Assembly (NCBI RefSeq): GCF_000981445.1
Contig: NC_027216.1
Span: 1,364,001-1,428,000 of the forward strand
Length of the DNA: 64,000 bases
Source: Babesia bigemina
Lineage: Eukaryota
Direction: 5' to 3'
Numbering within the stretch: position 1 is the first letter of the stretch; every line of letters begins with the position of its first letter. Under the pieces are notes generated by a model, which was not told where the DNA came from, did not search any database, and was given only the letters and a program-made list of their open reading frames with translations. This document shows, in pieces, positions 44,283 to 55,411 of this stretch. The position numbers and the translations under genes are program-made.

Positions 44283-45665
44283 TTAATTGGACTTCAATTT
44301 GCGTAATTGATTTGATTCCTGGGGAGAATTGTGAACATGAAATACGAACGTACCATGTGGGCTACCCGCGCAGCGTCCAGATGGTCCCGTATCTGGATGT
44401 ATAAATTGTCTTTTGATTTCCCGTGCAACTGCGAGTCCCTGTCAATCTTCTCATTCAACATTGCGATTTTCGTCTCAAGCAGGCGAAGCTTTTCGTCGTC
44501 TGTGAGATGTATTGCACACAACACCCGAAAAATTACCTGTAAAAAACCTGTACGCAACTGCAGCGCGCTCAGAGGGGCTCTGCGAGTTATCCGTATGGAT
44601 CTCGTATCTATCGGAGTCCTCGGGCATTAGCTCAAAAGATTCCTTAAGAATCTCCCTATAGCAACATCACGCAGGTACTACCGTGTCGTACCTGAAAAAG
44701 TGGCGCCCGGTTTTAATTTGGCGTTTTACGTTGCTAGCGTCCTCTACGGGGTGACCCAGATGTTTAGCTAAGTCGACCACTGAAACGTCTCTGCAATTGT
44801 AACAGCGATCATCACAAACACCCTCACCGCTCGTTAGGAGACGTTGACGGATCCGGGTCATCACCTCGATCAAATCCCCTTTGCAGCTTGTGCAGGAAGT
44901 AAACGTTCGCCATCTTTCTTCTGGAGAGGCGTTCCAGCTGAATTGCCTGCGATACGCGCTTCTCAATGCGCATGGTGTCCCTCAAAACCTGCAAATAGAA
45001 ATTAAACAAACATGTCAGAACATACTGCTCGCTCTTTCACACGCGCATATATGGCCCTCCGTCTCATTTCAGCTTTGTTGCGATTTTCTGCACCTATTGG
45101 AACATCCGTTGCCAGTGCCTACCTTGCGATGTGTCCAAATACTGCTGATACTGTCGGTAACGCTCGGCATCGGTCACCGATGCCAAGGTCTTAAGGTATT
45201 GGGCGCGATAAATCCGGCGGAGATCACGCATCTGCCGCTCCCACATGTAAAGCTCCGCCAAGTATGGGGTCAAACCAGGGCGCAGCTTCGCGCTCAACTG
45301 CTGATCAACCGCCTTCGGCGACAACAAGAATTCAAGACGCCGTTCCAATACCTCTGTAGACACTTGAGGAACACCTTCGACCCCTTTCAAAAGTTGCGAA
45401 GTCACCGGTTTGACAACCGGGATCTTCCTGGATACACGTGATTTGCGCGGGCATGCACGACGTACCTTTCCAGCGGAACCTGTGAGAACACGCGCTCCTT
45501 CTCCCTCAGACGGACCAAACGCTTCACAGGGTTCTCAAATGGGCCTGTTTTTCTCCTGGGCTTCTCGCGCATCTCGGCACGTTTGAAGAATCCTGGCGGC
45601 CGCAAAAAACGCGCCGAATAGGTCAGGCGTTTCATGTTCAGTAAATATCTGCTCAAATGCGCCAT
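44283..45665 (-). CDS. Mitochondrion-targeted basic coiled-coil protein, multi-exon (possibly a mitoribosomal subunit)
   Basis: Presequence-like MAHLSRYLLNMKRLTYSARFLR. ORF fragments 45402, 45094, 44824, 44667 and 44294 join through short GT-AG introns. Stop TAA at 44283-44285. Confidence 0.6.
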
Positions 45666-45906
45666 ATTGACCGGATGAGTTACACAACTACTGCGCTTGG
45701 TGGTGTTCAGCGAACTCGGCAATAATAGAAGGCTATGATATGGTATAGGCTACACACAAGTGTTAGTGTTACGATGCTGCTCACATTGCCGCAAATAAGA
45801 GCCGTATGATTGTTAAATGGGTGTGCGTGGCATATCAACGTAATACGTGTATGATCAAGAGAAGAGTGCCGCCCGGTATGTTAAACTGAGTTCACGGTTG
45901 CTCGCG

Positions 45907-47138
45907 CTAGCGCCGCCCACCCCGGTAGCGCATTCCGCCACGCTTCGCCTTGGGGAAGGAAGTCGCTGCGAATGCGTTTGGCACCGAAGCAGCTTGGTTA
46001 TCTAATTGCACAGCAGAGAAACCGGGGATGTTAAACTGCGCAACTGGTGGAGGCATTGCCAACGGGGCTTGAGCAGTCTGTATTGGAGGTTGAGGTGCAG
46101 GGGCGAGGGGAGCACTCGAATCCGACATTTGACTGGGCTGAACTCCGAACACAAACATCGGAGGCGCCTTGGGTACACTAAACTGGGAGGCATCAATCGC
46201 CTTAGGAGCGAACAGAGGGTTGCCAACAGGCATCGAAAAGTTCAACTTCTCTAACGTAGATGCCCCGAATATATCTGTCGAATCGACCTTCCTAGCGTCT
46301 TTAGTAGGAGAAGGTGGTGGTAGAGGAGTGTTTGGAACTGGGGCCGTCGCCTGAGTAACATCAAACACAATACCTGTTGCTCCAGATTCGTTTGCCTTTG
46401 TTGTTACAGACGTTTCCACCGATGTTGTTGGCTCAGATGGTGGTAGTTTAACCGCGGAATCAGCAGCTTTGTTGTCTAATTTGTGTAATGTTTTCTTCAC
46501 AACCTGAGCCTCTACTTCAGAGGTGTTCAAAGCTTTGACACTTTTGCGATGTTTATCAGTCCTAGGCTTTACTTCATCAACACGTACGCTGGGTTTGCGT
46601 GAGCAACGTTTGTGGGCTCTTAATGTTGATAGGTCCACATCCGGAGTAGCAAATTCGTCAGCGCTCGCCATAGGAGTGATGCGTCGTTTCTTCTTGCGCG
46701 AACTCTCGCTTAGCTGTGACTTAAATAGCCTTAGATCATCCCTGCCAAGTTTTGACACGTACGTCGCAACATCAAATTGCCGTTTGTTGCTGATGCGATC
46801 ATCTAGGGCCATATTTATTAAACAGATAATACACTTACAGCCAACCGCCTCAGTAGCGCCACTACCTTGGATTTTATCAACATCTTCGGAATTTTTCATG
46901 GACTCCAGACGTACGTTTTGGCGATGTTTGCCTGTATAATTTATGAAAGAATACAAGGAAGCTTACGTCCAAATGGATAACTTTCCAATGCGACGGAGTC
47001 ACAAACACCGTAGCCATCATTCATCTTTGCATCACACTCCCTCTTAGCGCAAATGAACTTTGAAACTCGCGCCTCCAATCTCCGAATTTTTGAACGTTTA
47101 CACTCCTCGCAGTTGCCATGGCGTATAGCGTCCTGCAT
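45907..47138 (-). CDS. Hypothetical protein (2 exons): Cys-containing N-terminus, basic NLS-like segment, Pro/Phe-rich tail ending RGGMRYRGGRR
   Basis: ORF 46941-47138 joins ORF 45907-46956 through a short intron near 46932-46966. Confidence 0.6.
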
Positions 47139-47784
47139 GGTATGTCAAAAATAAATTAACATGTGCCATTACTAGATTCTACAACGCTCAACGAATCGGT
47201 ACAATGTACTAACCGTTATGTCTGCGAACCTCTGTTCTAACGAGTAGTCGAAAAGATGTTGCATTGTTACGAAATATAGAAGACAACGTAGAAAAGGCGA
47301 TCTTTCGATATTCCAAACATCTAGTACAGTATTCAGAATACCCAAAATATGGCTACATTTGTGTTTGTGTCGTGTATTATACGCATAATGTTTCAGGATT
47401 TCATTCTCTACCAAACGGTGTGCTTGGGGCCATACACACTTCTACGGCGCAACAAGTACGAGTGACATCGTGGTCACAACAATATGCTTTTAAAATGTGA
47501 GAATTTGTGTCCACAATTTCAATCAAATACGAATCATAAACGGGCATGGAGCGCTTTAACTGCCAACGAACGCAAGTCCGTCCAAACATTAAAGTCATAG
47601 GGGAGATGAACGCAACCAGATTCTTCTAAATATTTAATGATTTAACTACGGGAACTCAACTCCACTCCTGGACAAGCGGAACGCATCTCAATAACATAGA
47701 CACCAATTTGCACCTATTAGCATTGGCGTAATGTACGCCTAGGTGAAGACATCTTGATTTAAACGATGTGCTGACCGCGGCAAA

Positions 47785-48407
47785 ATGAGGAGCCGATGTT
47801 TGTTTGTAATAAACTTGGTGTTCCTACTGCCAGTGGCAATTGCTAGCAAAATCAATACAACATTTAGACCAATCAGTAGACACGCAAGTCTTAACGAAAT
47901 ATCCCTGCTGGAAGAAGATATCAAGCAAGGCAACAATGTAGAAGATCAAAAAAAGAAAACAGATTCTGAAGTCAAGCCTGCAGAACCTTTGAACCTTATA
48001 TTCAGTCCAACTGCCCAGCAGGTGTCGGACGAAAACAATCAACTACTCGAATCGATGGTTAGTTCATGGAACACACAATTGCGTTTCCTTTTTGATTTTT
48101 GTTGAATCTTGCGACGCTATGTGAAACGTCTGACGATAGTCATGTAGTGCAGGAATCCGGGTTACACAGTTTAAGGACTGTTGTCAACAAGTTGACCCGA
48201 CTCGTTCACCTATTACCGGAAAATGAAAAACAATCTACATTCACAGTGGGCAATCAAAACTACACTGTTGCGGAAATGCTTGACGGTATCAACAGCTTAA
48301 TTGTGGATGGAGAGAAACAGCAAAGAGTTCTCGTAGAGGGAACAGCAGAAATATTACACAAATTAGCAGCACCAATTGCAGCATCGCAAACTACCCAGGC
48401 ATCATAA
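47785..48407 (+). CDS. Small secreted hypothetical protein (2 exons)
   Basis: Signal peptide MRSRCLFVINLVFLLPVAIA. An intron near 48058-48152 joins ...LLESM to ESGLHSLRTVVNKL... Confidence 0.7.
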
Positions 48408-49236
48408 ATGTAATGATTATATGCTACGGCATTGTCTATTATGTTGTGTATTCAATAGCTCCTTTCTCATGGCACATTTCATTGCATGGTGCCATGTATT
48501 TATTATTATTGTTATCTCATATTATAGTGTGCTACGTGCCTAGAGTTGATTTCCATCTTTTCTGTGCTGTCTCTTCACGCAGCTGGTGTCGGTTTAATGT
48601 TCCACGCTGTTCCACTGCCAAATGTATTCGCCATCACTGCTATTGCCCACTTTACCTGCCGTTTATCACCATAACACTTGTGATGACAAGCGGGCGATAC
48701 AGAGCTCAAAAACGGAAACTTCACATCGATACGCAGTAACACCATCCCTGCATGTTCTGCACGAATTGTCAGCGTAGATAGTCAGGATAGTTAATAAGAT
48801 CAAATGTTAAGCTATCAAGTCATACTAGGTCTAAACATCAATATGCTTTGCACTTAACAGACACCGTGCATTTTCGCAACTGCTATGCTAACAATCTACG
48901 CCAAGCGTTATTGATACATCGTTCACGCAAGGTGATGTGGAGGAGTTCTCAGCGTAGTTGTTGAACTGTCGGCTGCCACATGGAGTCGGGTATGCAGACA
49001 TTTAGTTGTATGGAACTGCATGAACGCAGGTCAAATTGCGTCACTAGCTCGATTCACGAGACGCCCATAGTTGTTTTCCACGCCAGTGCAGTGGATGAAG
49101 ACCGTATTCACAAAGCTCGCTACGAGTGCATTTCAAAAACTTGGGATGTTTACTGAGTGGTGAAGAGATGCCAACCCACTGTATTGCGGGCTCAGAAGCA
49201 ACGCGTGGCGGCTTATCCAGCTCTTGCAATCCCCTA

Positions 49237-50559
49237 TCAATAGAACGCCCAGAAGCCAGCGAGTTCGTAAAGGAAGATAATTGTCTCTTCAAAACCTTCC
49301 AAGGCATCTCCGACATACGAAGCCGTCATGCCAGCGCGGCATTCTGGCTCTACGTAACCCAAGGCTTGTATCAACTCCTGCATACGCTTATACGCAATAA
49401 ACGGCGGAAATCTCGATTTTGGAGCTGAAGAAACATATTTCAAAGATAATAAGCTTGCAACTAACATAGGCGCAATACCCACCAACATTAATGCGCTAGT
49501 TTTCGGATGAGCCGAAAATAACGGATCCCACGTCGCCTGCGGACTGTAAGCAGACTTGTAGTGACTGCGGTTCGTTATTCTTCCCAGGAACCTCGCACAA
49601 GCATCCACGAAGTAACATAGCTTTTATGCGATGGTGTCAGCAGTGAGACCCTTTTTTTGTAAGTACTTCTCGTTCTTTGTGTCGTCTTCGGAGACAACGG
49701 TCGTAGTTAGTATATTGGGTGTTACCCGCAGACGCTCATCCAGGAGGAACAGAATCATCTTTACATACAGATGCTTTTTAAGCTTCTCTTGCTCTAAGAA
49801 GTCTATAGAAAAGCGTATGGCTTTATCTAGATTTGACCACTCTGTGGATCTGCCTGACATATGTACGTATAAATCGTAAATCGCCGCGCCCAATGCCGCC
49901 AAGTTGCCCTCAGCATCGTCTCCCCTCACGGCAATCAACCAGTCAATGGCCTCCTTGAAGTTGCGAGGGACATAGATCAGCGAATTGTACACCACTTGTT
50001 GATGGGCCGTTAAATTAGGCGATTTTTTAACCACACAAGTTTCGGGTATTTTTACCGACTGAGCTTGTAAACTGGCATGTTGTAATTGTGGAGGAGCAGA
50101 ACACAACTGCTGTTGACCGCCACCGGACGGTGAGGTCCCTGCTCCACCATCCGGATGTGGCGTTTTCAACACGCATGGAGCAACGACGTCTTTGTGTAAC
50201 ACGCCACGCTGCAACAAGTGTACTAACGATTTAATCGTCTCAGCTATCTCCTTCATTTCCCTCATATCCTTCAGCGACGCCATCATTTCCCTCATATCCT
50301 TCAGCGTTGCCTTCATTTCGCTAATATCCTTCAGCGACGCCATCATTTCCCTCATATCCTTCAGCGTTGCCTTCATTTCGCTAATATCCTGTAGCGACTC
50401 CCTCGTTTCCATCTTATCCTCCACCGTTGCCTTCATTTCGCTAATATCCATCAGCATTCCCTCATTCCCATCCTCGTTGTGTTTCGCATGACTATTGCAG
50501 TCCGTAGAATCACTTACTGCCTGATAGGTTTGTTCATTCTCTGCTGCTGACACAGCCAT
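49237..50559 (-). pseudogene. ves/VESA1-like gene with a novel N-terminal repeat extension, interrupted by an in-frame TAA at 49624-49626
   Basis: VVYNSLIYVPRNFKEAIDWLIAVRG is the ves-family N-terminal signature. The same frame continues past TAA as KLCYFVDACARFL...YKSAYSPQATWD...LVGIAPML...ALGYVEPECRAGM...LYELAGFWAFY*. Confidence 0.8.
50251..50470 (-). repeat. Coding 30-bp tandem repeat (alternating DISEMKATLK / DMREMMASLK), about 7 units with 60-bp higher-order periodicity
   Basis: cttcatttcgctaatatcct and catcatttccctcatatcct units recur every 30 bp. Confidence 0.9.
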
Positions 50560-53550
50560 CTTGCACGTGACGGATTCAAAAGCACTGCCGCGGACAAAAA
50601 TTAGCAGTGTACCTGAACCTCAAAGTACCGTCTTCAGGTAGAGATACACAACCCGGCTGCTCTCAAGGTGCGCTCTCTTAAGCGTGCTTTCAGTGCTGAC
50701 TGCTCCTGCACGTTCTTGCTAATCACGGTTAACTAAACTATGACTGGTTATGGTGCCAGCATAATCTCCATCAAATTACAGTCACTTCCACTCAAACTGT
50801 GAAGAATGAGAATACCCGACTCAGACCGGCATTGTGCGCACTTGCGTTGCAACTCCTGCGGGGTAACTAATAAGTGGGTGGCCATGTTTGCGGGGCGCCC
50901 CTCAAAGCCTCTGCTAGGGTGCATTCTGGGGTTACGACCTCGAGACTTATCACGATGCTGACAATAAATGTCACCACACTGAAAATTAACTCATACATAG
51001 GCAAAGAATGACCGAGATTCGCCCATATAGGGTTAAATCCACACGGTCTAGCCACCCACTCCCAGCGGTCGACCAACTCTCCAAAACTCTATCCTAGGGT
51101 GCCCTACCACTAGGTTTCAGTTTGTTCTTGCTGGTGGGAAGCTCCGCTAACCATAGCAGACAAGCCACTGGAACACTAGACAAATACGTCAAACTACGTT
51201 ATACTGCGTTGCTGACCTGGTTCACTCAGTGATACCATGCAATGTTTTTGGACGAAGCGATGGACTGTTTGGGGGTATCTGGGCAGCTAAAAATGAGAAG
51301 ATCGATTCTATCATAATTTCGAACCGTAATGGAACATAGAAAATTGCCCTGGTGGAGGTAGCTTGATAGAGTTCAATGCGTGCCTATGGGAAAACCATTC
51401 CGTGGATCCACAAACCCGTGGCAATGAGCCATCATGATACAGTTATTAGGTGACCTTCCATTTGTCTCAAATCGCTCAAGCCATCGTTGTCGATGCCATA
51501 GAATGCTTCGCCAGACCAATGACAGCGGGAAGGTATGAAGTGGCACTAACTCGATATTGTACAATGGCGGTGATAATGCGTCATCTCATTAAAACGAGGT
51601 ACTACTAGGCATGGTTGTATTTCCCGTTGTATTTTGCCTCATATTGTTGAATACTTCGTCGTTGAGTAGGCGTTGATGTAAGGGCGTGTTCGTCACGGTT
51701 GGTACGAAGCATTACTATCTTAATAACATAGTTGCATCAAGTTCTCACCAACTAACGATAGTAGCCGTGCTTATTACAACAACATAGTCATCGTGTGAGA
51801 AATGATTTCACCACAATAGGGTTGAAATTTATTCCGGTCTGATCACGTCCTAACGCCAGCGCTGAAAAGTTTATTGTGATAGACTACTACATTACTCTTC
51901 CCAATATTATTGACATATCCGTTGGATTGCAACCATAAATACTCGTTAATTCAAAGCTGAAAACTATTCGCTGTTATCACCCAATGATCGTTCCAATACA
52001 TTCTCGTGATATTAATGGAGTGAGCTAGCACAAAATTTACAGTGGATGACGACCAAATATTTCCCCTATGGACACATCATTTGTTATCGGTATAGATGAG
52101 CTCGGTATTGATAAGAAAGCTCTTATCATCCTGTAATATTTGAGTTCGAAAAACTGCTGGCGCACTTAGAGCGCTGTATAGATAGGACTAGATGACGGAT
52201 TTAGATGACGTCAATGATACAAAAGGAAGTTTGTTGCATACAATACGCCATCATGGCTTCATTTACTACATTTAATGGATCCATTGCTGGTATCGCATTT
52301 TCTGGTTTGGTATAGCTGGCTGTTGTATCACCTGGATAGATCCGTAAATATTGATAGAGAATTCTTATACAGAACATAACGATGAACGTTAATGGCATAA
52401 TTAAACGAGGATATGCTTTTTCAAATGGTTGTGGTGATCAAAGATTTTCGAGTGTTCCTATATCAAAGGGAGGTTCACTTGTTTTGAAAAAAAATGCTTA
52501 TCAACATTAGTGTTTAAAACGCCCGAATCATCTAAAAATGCATTGTCTGGAGAGTTACCTCAAGTCTGAAAAACGTTCGGTAGATTTTGGAAAGAACTTA
52601 ATGTAGTACAACTTGGTTATAGCTGTCATTTACCGCATTTGGAGACGTGTTATGCGATACCGGCTCTAACGGTCTTTCCATGTTCTTCTATACCACGAAA
52701 ACCAGTCCTACAATATATGTCTTATACAAACCGCCATGTAGTTATATGTGGGAAACGTAGCAATTGGATTGCTGTACTGCACCTGCCTCCAGGAATGTTG
52801 TTTATCTCCGTGCAGGATTTTCGGATTCAACTGAAAGGAATATGGTGGCAGTTACGGGATATAGGTGCCCCAACTGTATGCACCATAGCATTTAAGTTTG
52901 TAGGAGGTATAGAACCTATACCAGCTGCATACGCCCATGTTGTGAAAAACAATTTCACTTTTTACGCCGTGTTTTCCCATGAACGTTCCTATTTGACGTA
53001 TCATTCGTCCTAGTCTCCACATGACAGATAAGAGTATGGCGCCTTCAACAAATTCCAAGACTTAATATATACCTCTCACAACTTTACATTTTTTATGAGA
53101 GGTGTACAGCAAAAGGCAAATATTAGCTGGACATAATTCGCGTTGAAATTTAATATCGCAAGCCAACTTAATCATGAATGAAGTAGAGCAACCCACATTC
53201 CATGATATTACATAGGGAGTCTGATAGTATGGTTCATACACGTTTTTCAACAACGTTTTGCATTTCTACAATATAAATCCATTCGTATCTAAGCTCCACC
53301 TAGTCCAGATGGGTTCCTGTAGTTAGGTTTCATACTATGTCGATATGGTGTCATAAGCGCACGAAGATATCCCAACGTCATAAACTTACGCTTCTCGAAC
53401 ATTTAGTGTAATCTGCAGTGTTCAATTTCTACCGGAAGAATATTCGTTTGTGTTGATTATAGATCTATGACTCTATCATCAACTTGCTGTAGAATTTTCC
53501 ATATGGAGAAAACTAACTAAAGTAATCAGAACGTTTGATTCATTTACAAA

Positions 53551-55047
53551 ATGAAAGAAGTCTTGAGCATAAATTTAGGACAGTGTGGTATACAAGTTGC
53601 AAGTTGCTTTTGGGAAATGCTTGCGAATGCGGTGAGGACGTGTTCTGACAAACCAACTCTGGACGTGGAGCAAGTATCGAGTTACTTTTCGGATACAAAT
53701 GACAACTTAACTTCAGATAAAATGTCTGCTGCCAATCGTGAAGATTACATGAGCACATTAAAAGCTAGATGTATTCTGGTGGATACAGATCTAGGTACAA
53801 TATCGGAAATATTACAAAGGCAACACCTACACCACATAGATAGTGGCAACATTGTGTGTGGTACAGAAGCTACGGGGAACAATTGGAGTACCGCATATTG
53901 CAATTATGGTCCACAATACCATGAAGCCATGGAAGAGTTGCTTTCAACAAATCTTGAAATTTGTGACGAGTCGTTCCAATATTTCAATCTCATCTTTGGG
54001 CTTGCCGGCGGTACAGGAGCAGGACTGGGCAGCTATGTGCTGGATTTGTTGAGTGACGAGTATGGCAAGGTTCCTCGTGTTTGCAACGTCATAACCGAGG
54101 GTACAATGGCTGCAGTGTCCCCATACAACACCGTGTTCTGCCTTAAGCATCTCAACGATTTGAGCAGCATCACTAACTTATTCTCAAACGAAGCATTATC
54201 ACAACAGAAAATAGAGTCCTCTGAACAAGAGTTGTTGAATACACTGAAATCGAAGCCCAGCAAGGAAATCGGATTTAATCATGAGAACGGACTAATCAGC
54301 TCTCACTTGAAAGAATTCGGTCTTGCAACTGTCAGTAAAAATTATCCTGGGTTTAATATGAGATCTATATTGAACACATTAATACCACTGCCTGGGCTCA
54401 ACCTCACGTGCCCGTCCATGGCGCCGAAGAATATTATCAATGAAGGCGCCACCACGGAAACCTTGATCAACGAATTGGTACGACCGTCAAATAGGATTTC
54501 ACCAATTCCACAAAAGATTAAAAGTGCTCCGATTGCAATGGCCATACACGGACGATTCAACAACGATTCTTTCAAATACATAAAAAGACTTAAACTGAAA
54601 CACAACATGGTCGGGTGGAATAGAGATGCTGTGAAAATCTCGTTACCAGGAGTAAATTATACGGAAGATGCATCCACCAAATATGGTGGGATGTACGGTA
54701 TTACCAACGACAGTTCTATTTCGCCGTTCTTGCAAACCTCACTATCAAACTTTGATCGTCTATATTCTAAAAGGGCGTTCTGGCACCATTATAGCGACGT
54801 GTTTGGTGAAGATGATTTTTCTACGGCGAGGGAACACATAGAAAGGCTACGTGCAGATTATGAAACCACAAGCAACTTCATGATGCCTCCTCCTCATTTG
54901 CTAAACGAAACCTCATTGGCATCGCTAGGTGTGAAGGTTAACAACTTAAGTGATAAAGCTTGCACAGATGTTTGGAATGAGACACCCGGCATCATAGAGA
55001 GCAACAAACAGTATTGGTGGAGTCTTAATGGCTCACCATTATGGTGA
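53551..55047 (+). CDS. TUBE1: Divergent epsilon-tubulin
   Basis: INLGQCGIQV...FW, LKARCILVD, GNNW, LAGGTGAGLGSY, VSPYN, GWNRD and FDRLYSKRAFWHHY. The LKAR, WN and LY..RA..HHY blocks favour epsilon over delta. Confidence 0.75.
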   Translation: MKEVLSINLGQCGIQVASCFWEMLANAVRTCSDKPTLDVEQVSSYFSDTNDNLTSDKMSAANREDYMSTLKARCILVDTDLGTISEILQRQHLHHIDSGNIVCGTEATGNNWSTAYCNYGPQYHEAMEELLSTNLEICDESFQYFNLIFGLAGGTGAGLGSYVLDLLSDEYGKVPRVCNVITEGTMAAVSPYNTVFCLKHLNDLSSITNLFSNEALSQQKIESSEQELLNTLKSKPSKEIGFNHENGLISSHLKEFGLATVSKNYPGFNMRSILNTLIPLPGLNLTCPSMAPKNIINEGATTETLINELVRPSNRISPIPQKIKSAPIAMAIHGRFNNDSFKYIKRLKLKHNMVGWNRDAVKISLPGVNYTEDASTKYGGMYGITNDSSISPFLQTSLSNFDRLYSKRAFWHHYSDVFGEDDFSTAREHIERLRADYETTSNFMMPPPHLLNETSLASLGVKVNNLSDKACTDVWNETPGIIESNKQYWWSLNGSPLW

Positions 55048-55411
55048 GTATAAGTCCAGGCCCTCGTCATACCAAATGGCGCAACAGAGCACAGCGTATC
55101 ATACATACCACAGAATCAACATATACAAAATACGAACCCAATTAGTTTATATTAGCAAAAAAGTGTCTGCTGTAGTCCAAGGCACACAGGAGTGGCTATT
55201 GGGCCGCTGCTGGCTAACCTGAACTACGAATTCAAAGAGTGTTGTGCTAGCTTGCCGGAGCGGATTGTTTGCCACATAAAATACGCATGCTGATTGAATC
55301 CATGCCGACCCGTCTTCCTTCATTGTCATACAGCAAAATCTGTTGCCTGTCCGCAGTAGTCTGTCAACGATACGGGCAATGAACAGTTGTTACCGCATAT
55401 ATTTGGAACAC

